Under the pieces are notes generated by a model. It was not told where the DNA came from. It did no database searches and was given only the letters and a program-made list of their open reading frames with translations. Positions 49,713 through 58,971 of a stretch of DNA of 64,000 bases are shown one piece after another. Origin of the DNA: a virus. The stretch is taken from IMG/VR virus record IMGVR_UViG_3300037478_000708, positions 1-64,000 of that record; one strand, given 5' to 3'. A program made the position numbers and the translations under genes. How positions within the stretch are numbered: position 1 is the first letter of the stretch; the number at the start of each line of letters is the position of its first letter.

Positions 49713-50819
49713 ATGTTCGTTCCCAAGGCCATCCGCGAGCAGGCCCACCGGGCGCTCGCTGCGCACAAGCAGCGTCCGATCCGCGACGTCGGCGGGGTCT
49801 CCGTGGCGGAGAAGCTCATCGCGGGTGACGTGGATCTGGAGACCGTCGCGCGGATGCGTCGGTTCTTCGAGGTCAACGGGTCGACGTTCGACGACTCGCG
49901 CTACCTGCAACACACCGAGGCGAACAGTCCGCTCGTGCGTTCGTGGATGTTGCACGGAGGGACCGCGGCTAGGACGTGGGCTGAGTCCGCCTTCGCGCAA
50001 GCGGTAGCCGAGGGCCGGGTCGAAGCAGACCAGTGGATCGAGCTGCTGCGGACGTCGCCGGACAACATCTACGAGAAGCTCAACTTCGGCGCGTGGAAGT
50101 GGGAGTACGGGATGGACGCCGGCCAGGCGGCGCGCTTCGTGGCCGAGTACACCAAGGCCCACCGAGTCGACTTCCGTTTCGATCGCGCGTTTGGTGAGAG
50201 CGCCGACGCGGTGAAGCGAGCGCTGATCCGTCGAGTCGAAGGAGAGAACCCGTTCAAGTTGCTCGCGCGGGCCGTGGGCGTTCCGCACCTGCAGGAGGCG
50301 GCGCGGCTCGACCTGCTCGAGCATCGGGGATCGCTGGGACATCCCAGTCCGAACTGGCCGGAGTTCATTGCCTTCTTCGCGCTCTCGACGCATGACTCGC
50401 AGGCGGCGAAGCAGATCGTGGAGGGCACGACCTACCCGTGGCGCGGGCGCGAGCCCCAGCCGGTGATGCGCTACGTCGAGCCCGTCGCGGACTATGTGAC
50501 CTTCTTCCATCCGCGCGGCGCCTGCTACGAGCGCAACGCTCCCCCGGGGCTCCTGTCCAAGGTGGACCGGCTCATCTGGGAGGCGTTCGAGGACGAGATC
50601 GTCAGCGAGAACACCGCGCGTAACACGCTGCACGACGCGCGTCGCTGGCTCGCGAAGCACGGGCACGCGCAGGGAGTCGCGCATACGCTGCTCGAGGCGT
50701 GGCACCGCCGGGAGTGGAGCTGGTTCTTGGATGCCCTTCCCCTGGACTCGCCGGTTCGGCCCCGCTTCGCCGCGTTCGCCGAGAAGGTGGAGGGGACCTG
50801 GCTGGCCGGGGGGTTGTAG
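49713..50819 (+). CDS. Hypothetical protein; N-terminus resembles a phage head-morphogenesis-associated domain (TVARMRRFF..WMLHGG..WA)
   Basis: Motif recognition. Confidence 0.55.
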   Translation: MFVPKAIREQAHRALAAHKQRPIRDVGGVSVAEKLIAGDVDLETVARMRRFFEVNGSTFDDSRYLQHTEANSPLVRSWMLHGGTAARTWAESAFAQAVAEGRVEADQWIELLRTSPDNIYEKLNFGAWKWEYGMDAGQAARFVAEYTKAHRVDFRFDRAFGESADAVKRALIRRVEGENPFKLLARAVGVPHLQEAARLDLLEHRGSLGHPSPNWPEFIAFFALSTHDSQAAKQIVEGTTYPWRGREPQPVMRYVEPVADYVTFFHPRGACYERNAPPGLLSKVDRLIWEAFEDEIVSENTARNTLHDARRWLAKHGHAQGVAHTLLEAWHRREWSWFLDALPLDSPVRPRFAAFAEKVEGTWLAGGL

Positions 50820-50845
50820 ACGCGGCGGTAGCTACGTCCTAGACT
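50815..50845 (+). promoter_or_regulatory. Putative promoter TGTAGACG-N17-TAGACT for the head module
   Basis: Recurrent motif with 17-bp spacing. Confidence 0.65.
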
Positions 50846-50907
50846 CCAGCTCTCCAAGGGCGCCAGCCCGCACCTTCACTCGGAAAATCCCATCGAGGAG
50901 CCCGACA

Positions 50908-52032
50908 ATGCCGTTGACCCAATCCGCCGTACGCGCCGTCTACGACTTCGGCGCCCCTAGCGCCGAAGGAATCGTGCTCGGCTTCCGCGTGCGCAACCAG
51001 ATGGGGGGCAAGCTGAACCTCATCGTGGAGAACCCGATCTCGAGTCGGCCGGCGACGCCCGGCTTCGAGAACACGGGGCTCCAACTGCCCTTCACCTACT
51101 CGATCCAAGTCGCCCCGGTCGTCGCCGCGACGGGTCTGCCCGACACGTTCGCCGACACGAGCGCGGCGGCGAACCTCGAGGCGGTCGTGGACGTCGTGGC
51201 GACCCCCGGCTGCCACAACTCGCACACGATCCTCCTGCGGCCGAACGTCGACGCCTTCGTCGCGGTCATCGCCTCCGGCGGCGCCCGCGGTCAGCTCATC
51301 GTCGACAACGACCACATCCTCGACTTGTGGCGGACCACGAACCCGGCCGGCGACGGCGGCGGCACGCCCGACCTCACCCCGGTCTAGGGCTCCTAGCTGC
51401 CTGACGCTGGTGCTCTCCTCCCGGGGCTTCGGCTCCGGGAGGACCCTCTCGGGAGCGCCGGTACGGATCGGAGGTCGAGAGGGACGCTCACCTGACTTCG
51501 GAGTACGACGATGCCCGCCGCCAATCCGTTCTACGCAGTGCTGCCGCGCCACACGCAGTTTCAGATCGGTCGAGATCTGCTCGCGTCGCAGGCCAACAAC
51601 CCGCTGGTCGGCATCATCAAGCGCGAGGGCGTGCTCGAGCGCGCCGCAGGCGACCCCGCAACGACCGAGCAGGCGCCCGCGCGGATCCCGCTCTTCTGCT
51701 GCGTCGCCAACCACGGAACGGCCGACTTCACGCTGGAGGTCCGCCAGTCCTCGAACAACAACTCCGACGGCGAGGACCCGGACACCGGTGGGACCGGTCC
51801 GCTGACCCCGGACGCCTACGCGGCGGCTCAGGTGCGCGTCGACGGTGCCGACGTCGCGAGCGGCGACATCACGGTCGTTCCCGGCGGGCGCGTCGTGTTC
51901 TTCATCGAGTGGGACGAGGGCTACGACGACTACCTCAAGTTCGACGTGGCGGAGGAAGTCGCCTTCGGCGAGCTGACGGTCTCTCGCTTCAACGGCTCGA
52001 TCACGATCCGTCAGCGCGAAGGGGTCATCTAG
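50908..52032 (+). CDS. Two beta-rich putative virion proteins (50908-51387, 51511-52032)
   Basis: GAGGAG/GGAG RBSs; strongly biased codons; located just upstream of the protease and MCP. Confidence 0.55.
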
Positions 52033-52041
52033 GAGGACGCG

Positions 52042-52667
52042 GTGGAGGGATCAGGTCTCACGCCGGGCATCAAGAACGCGATGGCGCGCGGGGACGTGCA
52101 CTCCTTGTGCAAGTGCGGCTTCCCGCTGCCCAAGTACCCTGGTCGCTACCCGAAGAACTGTCCGCACTGCGGCGAGACGCGCGCGGTCAAAGAGGCCGCC
52201 GATCGAGAGGACGACGACGGGATCGAAGACGAGGACGAGTTCGCGTGAAGAACCCGCTCGGGTTCCTCGCTCCTCAACGTGGACGCGCGCCGGTGCCGTC
52301 GCAGTTGCCGGGACAGTTCTTCGTGCTGGAGTACGACCGCGAAGCGGGCGCCTTTCGCTTGCATGTAGACGACGCGGATCACAGTACCTACGATCTGCCC
52401 GACGACAGCGCCTCCCTCCAGACGCTCTTCCGAGCCCTTACGACCTCCGCAGGAGTACCTCTACAACCGACGCAGATCGACCGCACGATCGACATCGCTC
52501 GCGAGCTGGGGATGGCCCAGTACATCCCGACGCCCGGCGAGCTTGTCGAAGACCGCGTGCTCTCGATCATTCCCCGCGGCCCGTCGCAACAGGGGCTTCA
52601 GTTCGATGAAGACGAAGACCAAGAAAGCTGGCTCGCGAGCCTCCGGCCTCTCGGAAGCCGCCGCTAA
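52042..52667 (+). CDS. Small Zn-ribbon protein (52042-52248) and hypothetical protein (52245-52667)
   Basis: CKCG..CPHCG; GTGA overlap. Confidence 0.55.
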
Positions 52668-54222
52668 GCCCCGACTGCTCTGCGAAGGGTGGCTCGAAGA
52701 GGGCTGCGAAGGCACGGATGGCCTGGTCTTCCGTCCCGAGCGCGCCTACGTCGTTCAGCCGGCCGCCGAGGGCACCGACGCCCGTTCCCGCGTCTGGTTC
52801 GCCTACGGGAGCGATCGGCAGCTCGACGAGAGCTTCGGTCCGATGCAGGTCGTCGAGAACTACGACGAGCTGGATCTGGAGGAGCGCCAGGTCGACGGCA
52901 CGACGGTCAAGCTGCCCCGCGGTGGGCGCTGGATCGTCGAAGGGCCGGCGCAGCGCTCGGACGTCAAGAACGCGAACAAGCGGATCTACGGCCGCACGAT
53001 CTGGGAGAAGCTGATCGCCGACCCCAAGTCCTACGTGCAGGAGTCGATCCGCGAGCGGCAGATGGTCGGGCATCTCGAGCACCCGAAGGACGGCCGCACC
53101 GACCTCAACGAGACCGCGCTCCTCACCACCAAGGCCGTCCTACGCGAAGACGGCGTGGTCTGGAACCAATTCGAGCTGCTCGACACGCCGAAGGGTCTCA
53201 TTCTGCAAGAGCTGACGCGCAAGCGCGTGAAGTGGGGCGTCAGCTCGCGCGGGACCGGCACGGTCGGCGACGACGGTCACGTCAGCGAGACCGACTACGT
53301 GCTCAAGACGTGGGACGCGGTGGCGTCCCCGAGCACGCCCGGCGCGCACCCGGCGCTCGTGACGGGCAAGGGCGTGACCGAGAAGAACGCCACGGAGACC
53401 GTCTCCGTGGACGAGGGGGAACTCGAAGCTCTTCTTACCTCCCTGGACGAGCTGGCCGCGACCGACGTCGACGGCCTCTCCGACCGCGCGCGACTCCGTT
53501 CCCAGATCCTCGACACCCTCGAGTCCCTCGACGAGAACATGCTCCAAGCGGTTCTCCTCAAGGATCAGGGCTGGTCGAAGATCAAGCTCGCCCTCGAGAA
53601 GGCGCGCGAGCCGGAGGGCGGAGCGTTCGACGCGGCTATCGAAGAGGCCCTCGCAAGCGGTGAGGGTCAGGATGGTCTGGGCGAGGGGATGGAGGAAGTC
53701 TTCGATTCCCTTCAGGAGCAGGTGTCCGATCTCGTGACCGAGAACGACGACCTGCGTACGCGACTGGAAGCTGCCGAGTCCGCGCGCGAAGCGCAGGCGG
53801 AACGGCTGGCCGAAGCGGAAGGGGAGCTGACCCAACTCAGGGTCGAGCGTGACCTTGCGCGCGAGCTTCTGGCAGAGACCCCGACGCGCAACGTCGGGGA
53901 TGTGTCCGCTGCGGTGGACGAGGTAATCAGCGAAGCGCCCGAACTGGAGCGATTCCGCGATCTCATGGAAGACGCGCAGTCGCCCGAGCAGGTCCGCAAC
54001 TTCGCCGAACGCCTCGTTCCGATCGTCAAGCCGAAGCCCGCTCCGAAGGAGCCGGTGGAGGAGACGGTCAAGCCGAAGCGGCGCGAGCGGACCGCTCTCC
54101 CGGTGGGGATGGCCTTGGACGAGACCGCGAACGTGAAGCGGTCGAAGCCCAGGACCGCGATCGATGAGTCCTCGGGGGCTCGGATCGTGGCGGCCATGCC
54201 TGCCTTCAAGAAGACCTCGTGA
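52606..54222 (+). CDS. T4 gp21-like prohead protease fused to a C-terminal acidic coiled-coil scaffold-like region
   Basis: KNANKRIY, GHLEHP, LDTPKG, GVSSRGTG, WDAVASPS; then ~270 aa of acidic helical region with VDE/ESLDE/LDE/IDE sites; exact start uncertain. Confidence 0.9.
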   Translation: MKTKTKKAGSRASGLSEAAAKPRLLCEGWLEEGCEGTDGLVFRPERAYVVQPAAEGTDARSRVWFAYGSDRQLDESFGPMQVVENYDELDLEERQVDGTTVKLPRGGRWIVEGPAQRSDVKNANKRIYGRTIWEKLIADPKSYVQESIRERQMVGHLEHPKDGRTDLNETALLTTKAVLREDGVVWNQFELLDTPKGLILQELTRKRVKWGVSSRGTGTVGDDGHVSETDYVLKTWDAVASPSTPGAHPALVTGKGVTEKNATETVSVDEGELEALLTSLDELAATDVDGLSDRARLRSQILDTLESLDENMLQAVLLKDQGWSKIKLALEKAREPEGGAFDAAIEEALASGEGQDGLGEGMEEVFDSLQEQVSDLVTENDDLRTRLEAAESAREAQAERLAEAEGELTQLRVERDLARELLAETPTRNVGDVSAAVDEVISEAPELERFRDLMEDAQSPEQVRNFAERLVPIVKPKPAPKEPVEETVKPKRRERTALPVGMALDETANVKRSKPRTAIDESSGARIVAAMPAFKKTS

Positions 54223-54274
54223 TCCGAGGGCGCCCGCAAGGGCGGCCCTTCAAACGCAAGTACACACTACGACC

Positions 54275-55774
54275 ATGATTCTCTCCAATCAGGGTATCTA
54301 CGAAGGTATCCTCGAAGCAGGGGCGCGTCTCGCGGAGACGCCGGAGGCCGAGGGCGGCTGGGCGGAATACTTCGCCGAGACCGACGAGGCGGACATGCGC
54401 ATCGAGGATCCGATCCTCCGCGCGCAGACCGCCATCCTGCTCGAGAACGCCAAGCGCGAGATGGCGCAGAGCCTCCCGCGCTCCGTCGTGCAGGGGCGCG
54501 TCCGTCTCGACGAGACCACGCGCTCGGCGCTCGTCGGCGGCTTCTCCGACTACCTGTTCCCCATCATCCGCGCCGGGTTCCCCACGAACCCGGTGAACGA
54601 GCTGGTCTCCGTCCAGCCGACGACGCGGCGCACCGCCACGGTCGTCTACTGGAACTGGATCGTCGGCACCAACAAGGGCACGTTCACGCAGGGGCAGAAG
54701 CTCTTCGACGCGAACACCGGCAAGCAGACCCGGGACATCAACTTCTCGAACGAGGTCATCCAGGGTGAGCCCCTCGTCGCGCTCGGCTCGGCCGGCGCAA
54801 CCGCGAGCGGCACGCTGGCCTTCCACGACGGCGGGGGCATCCGCCCCGGCACCGTGGCGCTCTCGCTCCAGATCACGACCGGCCCGGCCACGGTCGTCTT
54901 CGTCGACAACGGCAACGGCGCGTTCATCGGTACCGGCGTGACCATCTCGGCCTCGTCGATCAACTACCAGACGGGCGCGTGGTCCATCACGCTGAACCTC
55001 GAGACGTTCACGACGTCGGCGGCGAACACCGCGACCTACCGCTACGACAGCGAGGGGTCGACGATGACGCCGCAGGTGGACGTGCAGATCGTCACGAACA
55101 CGGTGCAGACCGAGCGCCGTGCTCTGAAGATCAACTACTCGAAGGAGGCGATGCAGGACGTCATGTCCGAGTTCGGCATCTCCCTCGAGCCGAACCTCGT
55201 CGCCGGTGCGGCCGAGCAGATGAACTACGAGATCGCTCGCCAGATCCTCGCGGAGATCTGGCAGGTCGCTCCCGTGGCTTCGTCGTTCGACCTCAAGGTG
55301 CCGTCGGGCATCTCGCAGCAGGAGCACTTCCGCGACCTGATCTTCAACATCCAGACGGCCTCCAACTCCATCTGGGCCCGCACCCAGAAGGCGTACGGCA
55401 ACTGGATCACGGTCGACCAGGGCTTCGCCACGCTGATCGAGTCGCTGCCCGCGAGCCTCTTCGTGCCGGCTCCGATGCCGCCGAGCGTCCACGGCCTGCA
55501 CTTCATCGGCACGCTCCTCAACCGCTTCCGCGTCTACAAGGATCTGCACCTCGACAAGGAGCCGGGCGCCGCGGAGCTGGGCAACATGCTCATGGGCTAC
55601 AAGGGCCAGAACTTCTTCGAGGCCGGTTTCGTCTGGGCTCCGTACCAGCTCATGTACACGACGAACCCGCTCGAGACCGCCGACTTCCTCACGCAGCGCG
55701 GCCTGGCGTCGCGCTACGCGACGAAGATGGTCAACCCGGACATGTACGCCCGGATCAACCTCATCACGACCTAG
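54275..55774 (+). CDS. Major capsid protein, T4 gp23-like, with a beta-rich insertion domain
   Basis: TAILLEN, VSVQP, RALK..S.EAMQD, EIARQIL, GYKG..FEAGFVWAPY, RYA; LDE at residues 78-80. Confidence 0.93.
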   Translation: MILSNQGIYEGILEAGARLAETPEAEGGWAEYFAETDEADMRIEDPILRAQTAILLENAKREMAQSLPRSVVQGRVRLDETTRSALVGGFSDYLFPIIRAGFPTNPVNELVSVQPTTRRTATVVYWNWIVGTNKGTFTQGQKLFDANTGKQTRDINFSNEVIQGEPLVALGSAGATASGTLAFHDGGGIRPGTVALSLQITTGPATVVFVDNGNGAFIGTGVTISASSINYQTGAWSITLNLETFTTSAANTATYRYDSEGSTMTPQVDVQIVTNTVQTERRALKINYSKEAMQDVMSEFGISLEPNLVAGAAEQMNYEIARQILAEIWQVAPVASSFDLKVPSGISQQEHFRDLIFNIQTASNSIWARTQKAYGNWITVDQGFATLIESLPASLFVPAPMPPSVHGLHFIGTLLNRFRVYKDLHLDKEPGAAELGNMLMGYKGQNFFEAGFVWAPYQLMYTTNPLETADFLTQRGLASRYATKMVNPDMYARINLITT

Positions 55775-55785
55775 GTCGTGATGTG

Positions 55786-55846
55786 ACGCCCCTTCGGGGG
55801 GAGGGGTGTTTCAATGCGGGGCCGTCTTCCTTCGGGAGGGCGGCCC
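55786..55846 (+). terminator. Tandem hairpins after the MCP, including a cUUCGg stem at 55819-55846
   Basis: GC-rich stems between convergent genes. Confidence 0.55.
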
Positions 55847-55855
55847 CGGTCGCGT

Positions 55856-56074
55856 CTAGCAGAGGTCTCGGAACGACGCGTCGCGCAGGGCCGTTACGTA
55901 CTTCGCGGTCGTCTGCCACGATCGCAGGCAGGTCAGGCAACGCACGCGCGAGCGCCGCGTCAGCGCCGTGCGGCCCTCGGGCGTGAAGCCGCGGTTCCGC
56001 TGCACGACGACCCAGCGCCGCTCTCGGACGGGTTTCTTGCGCTCGAAGCACCCGCAGTAGGTTCCACGTTTCAT
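55856..56074 (-). CDS. Small Cys-containing hypothetical protein
   Basis: CGC..CLTC; fills the gap on the minus strand. Confidence 0.5.
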   Translation of the reverse strand: MKRGTYCGCFERKKPVRERRWVVVQRNRGFTPEGRTALTRRSRVRCLTCLRSWQTTAKYVTALRDASFRDLC

Positions 56075-56147
56075 TGCAGCGTCGCTTCAGCCGGATTCTA
56101 CATAGTGCACAACTCAACCGAGCGCGTGCAGGGCGGTCGGGCGAGCC

Positions 56148-56176
56148 TTGACGGTCTCTCCGCACCGGTCTAGCGT
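56148..56176 (+). promoter_or_regulatory. Sigma70-like promoter TTGACG-N17-TAGCGT, probably leaderless
   Basis: ATG 56183 lies 7 nt after the -10 box. Confidence 0.6.
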
Positions 56177-56182
56177 GGTGCG

Positions 56183-56359
56183 ATGAAGATCGAGGTGATC
56201 TTCCGCAACGAGACGTCTTGCGACGAGCATGGCTTCGCGCGTCAAGCCTTGTCGCTCCTCGAGCGCATCGCGACGGCGATCGAATCTTTGGCTCCGCCGA
56301 CGGAGCGCGTTCCCACTACGCTGGCCGTAACGTACGGCCCACCTGAACCCGAGGAGTAA
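56183..56359 (+). CDS. 58-aa hypothetical protein (absent from the ORF track)
   Basis: MKIEVIFRNE..PEPEE; its end supplies the GAGGAG RBS of the next gene. Confidence 0.55.
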   Translation: MKIEVIFRNETSCDEHGFARQALSLLERIATAIESLAPPTERVPTTLAVTYGPPEPEE

Positions 56360-56365
56360 CTACAC

Positions 56366-56716
56366 ATGGCCGAACCCATCACCATGACTTCCGCTCAGCG
56401 TGTCCCGGTCGGACTCACGATCTTGGACGCCGGGGGCGAGAAGTTTCAGACGAAGGCCGACCTGCCCGAGGGCACCGTCATCACGTTCGAGTCCTCGAAC
56501 CCGAACGTCGTCGGCATCGAAGAGTTGCCGAGCGGCCTGAACGCCTGGCTGACGAGCGATGACGTCGGCACGTCGAGCATCACGGTCCGCGCGCTCAAGC
56601 CGGACGGCACCGACATGCCGGGTTCCCCCGACGTGACCGAGGTCACCGTCCAGCACGCGGACCCCGACAGCCTGAACGTGACGTTCGGTGCGCCCGAGGA
56701 CGAGGTGGTCGCTTAG
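56366..56716 (+). CDS. Ig-like (Big-type) domain protein
   Basis: ITFESSNPNVV..GTSSITV..EVTV pattern. Confidence 0.6.
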   Translation: MAEPITMTSAQRVPVGLTILDAGGEKFQTKADLPEGTVITFESSNPNVVGIEELPSGLNAWLTSDDVGTSSITVRALKPDGTDMPGSPDVTEVTVQHADPDSLNVTFGAPEDEVVA

Positions 56717-56810
56717 CCCGAAGCTAAGTTCGAGCACGCGTGGCGGGGCGGGCGTTCCGTGCGTCCGCCCCTCGTCTGTTTCAACCACTTTAGGAAAGCG
56801 CGGCCGTCTC

Positions 56811-56963
56811 ATGGGACTGATCCTTCTCATCCTCCTGATCGTCCTCTTGCTCGGCGCCGTCCCTCGTTGGCCTCATAGCCGGCAGTGGGGCTACGCTCCG
56901 AGCGGAGTGCTGACGCTCCTGCTCGTGATCGTCCTGATCCTGTTCCTGCTCGGGTACGTCTGA
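56811..56963 (+). CDS. DUF3309-like small membrane protein
   Basis: LLLGAVPRWPHSRQWGYAPSG signature. Confidence 0.8.
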   Translation: MGLILLILLIVLLLGAVPRWPHSRQWGYAPSGVLTLLLVIVLILFLLGYV

Positions 56964-56975
56964 CCTTCGCGCGGA

Positions 56976-57203
56976 TCATCGCAGGTGCGGAGGGAGCCAA
57001 CGAGGGATGCCCTTCCCCTCGAGGCAGGGTGGGCAGTCCATGTGGATCCAGTACAGGTCGGGTTGGTTGAACCACTCGCCGCAGGTGAGACAGCGCCTCG
57101 GTTGCGGGCGCTCCGTGCGCGGCAGCTCAAGTGCGGGCTTGCGCTTCTTCGCGACCTTGCGAGCAGGCTTCTTGTAGGCGCTGCGCTTCTTGGCGGGGCT
57201 CAT
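56976..57203 (-). CDS. Small basic Zn-finger protein
   Basis: K-rich N-terminus; CLTC..CPPC. Confidence 0.5.
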   Translation of the reverse strand: MSPAKKRSAYKKPARKVAKKRKPALELPRTERPQPRRCLTCGEWFNQPDLYWIHMDCPPCLEGKGIPRWLPPHLR

Positions 57204-57211
57204 GTCGCTGT

Positions 57212-57232
57212 CCAGTGACACGCTGTCACTGG
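57212..57232. repeat. Dispersed palindrome copy 8
   Basis: CCAGTGACA-CGC-TGTCACTGG between divergent genes. Confidence 0.95.
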
Positions 57233-57274
57233 CGTTCCGAGGCCGAACCCTACCGCGCGAACGCGCGGCGGGCC

Positions 57275-57305
57275 TGTAGACCCCGCGATTTTCCGCACCT
57301 ACACT
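57275..57305 (+). promoter_or_regulatory. Putative promoter TGTAGACC-N17-TACACT for the neck module
   Basis: Recurrent motif with 17-bp spacing. Confidence 0.65.
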
Positions 57306-57354
57306 GCTCGGGAACCGGCGTGGCAACGCACGCCCAATCCCACAGGAGCCTTCA

Positions 57355-58170
57355 ATGCCTTCTTCGACAGTCGCCGAGCGGTACGTCAACCTCGGCAAGA
57401 CGCGCACGGTCATCCAGGGTCCCGATGGGCAGACGATCGTGGTGCTGCCCTTCGACGACGTGTTCCACGAGTTCGCGCACAAGCGCAACGGCACCTACGT
57501 TCTCGAGGGGGAATTCTGGCGGCGCTACGTCTCGACGGCGGGCCCGCTGCATCCCTTTCCCCGTCCCGAGCAATTCGGCCGGACGTCATTTCCGCCTCTT
57601 GTGGCGCGGCACGCGAGCGGCGTGCTCGTGGATGTGGAGACTGGCGCGGCTGTCTCTTCGCCTGATTCGCTGGCTGCTCTCGCAGCTAGTGGAAAGATTC
57701 GTCTTGCTGGGGACGTCCTGACCCCCGAAGGCAAGATCCGCCGCACGCTCCCGAACGGGGAGATCGAGCTGGTCGACGACACCCCGGAGAACCGCACGCG
57801 TCTGTCGGAGGAATCGGGCGTCGTCAACGAGCGCAACCCGCAGATCCGTGACGGGATCACCGCCTGGCTCGAACGGATGCACGTCTCCACCGCTGAGGAG
57901 TTCGCGGCGCTGTCCGACGACGTGCTGCTCAAGATCCCCGGCGTGTCTCACGAGGCCCTGCCGCACATCCGCGCGAACATGACGGAGTACCTGCGCGCGA
58001 AGGAGCGCCTCGCCGCAGTGATTCCCACGCCGCCCGGTGAGACGGCCGCAACGGCGACGCGTTCGATCGACGACCTCTTCGACGACAGCGCGGATGCGGT
58101 CGACGCACCCGTTCCGAAGAAGAAGAAGGCCGCGAAGAAGAAGGCCACCAAGCGGAAAGCCGCGGACTGA
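57355..58170 (+). CDS. Hypothetical protein with an HhH-like motif (LLKIPGV) and K-rich tail
   Basis: AGGAG RBS. Confidence 0.6.
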   Translation: MPSSTVAERYVNLGKTRTVIQGPDGQTIVVLPFDDVFHEFAHKRNGTYVLEGEFWRRYVSTAGPLHPFPRPEQFGRTSFPPLVARHASGVLVDVETGAAVSSPDSLAALAASGKIRLAGDVLTPEGKIRRTLPNGEIELVDDTPENRTRLSEESGVVNERNPQIRDGITAWLERMHVSTAEEFAALSDDVLLKIPGVSHEALPHIRANMTEYLRAKERLAAVIPTPPGETAATATRSIDDLFDDSADAVDAPVPKKKKAAKKKATKRKAAD

Positions 58171-58186
58171 TCGGGAGTAGATCGCG

Positions 58187-58966
58187 ATGCCGAACACGTC
58201 ACTGACGCTGGAGAAGATCGGGAAGCGCATTCAGACGCGCCTGGGATCGTCGAGTGTCCTCGTCGAGATGGAGGACGACGACACGAAGGAGTGCGTCGAG
58301 CAGACCTTGGAGGTCTACAACCAGATGCGTCCCGGCAAGCGCCGCGCCGGCATCGCGGTCACCGTGCAGCAGAAGCGTTACGTGCTCGTGCAGTCCGACG
58401 GCACGACGCCCTTCCCAGGCATCGCGGGTGTCGTCGACGTGCAGTTCATCACGCGGCGCACCCAGCCCGCGCAGGTCGACCCCTTCGATCCGTTCGACAC
58501 GGCGCTCGCCGGCACCACCCTGGGCTCGGGTGCCGGCGAGACCTACGGAGAGATCGCGCAGCGTCTCATCTACTCCGAAGACGCCGCGCGAGTCGTGGAC
58601 GGTGAGCCCGACTGGGAGTGCATGTGGGAGGGCCCGGAGCTTGTGCTCTACCTCGACATCCCGCGCTCGCACATGCAGGCGGCGATGGAGTACAGCGTCT
58701 ACTACTCGCCCGACAATGCGAACGACACGGGCATGCAGCTCATCCCGCAGGGCGACGTGGACTGGTTCATGCGCCACGCGACGGCCGTGGCCAAGACGAT
58801 CGTCGGCCGCATCCGCATGAAGCACGGCGGCACCGTCAACCCCGACGGAGGCGTCGACGAGATCGACGGTCAGGGTCTCCTTCAGGAGGGTGCCGAAGAG
58901 ATGAACACGCTGCGCGAGGAACTGGAGCGTCGCCGCGTGCCGCTGGCTCCGACTTCGCCCGAGTAG
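58187..58966 (+). CDS. Neck/head-tail adaptor, T4 gp13-like
   Basis: TRLG..VEM..; W..HATA.AK..GRIR.K..G..GQ.LLQEG.EE..L.EEL; position after the MCP. Confidence 0.75.
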   Translation: MPNTSLTLEKIGKRIQTRLGSSSVLVEMEDDDTKECVEQTLEVYNQMRPGKRRAGIAVTVQQKRYVLVQSDGTTPFPGIAGVVDVQFITRRTQPAQVDPFDPFDTALAGTTLGSGAGETYGEIAQRLIYSEDAARVVDGEPDWECMWEGPELVLYLDIPRSHMQAAMEYSVYYSPDNANDTGMQLIPQGDVDWFMRHATAVAKTIVGRIRMKHGGTVNPDGGVDEIDGQGLLQEGAEEMNTLREELERRRVPLAPTSPE

Positions 58967-58971
58967 CCCTC

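Noticed and set aside
26-57232. The palindromic repeat as a CRISPR array or IS/MITE ends
   Set aside because: Copies are single and kilobases apart, with no spacers, no cas or transposase genes, and no target-site duplications seen.
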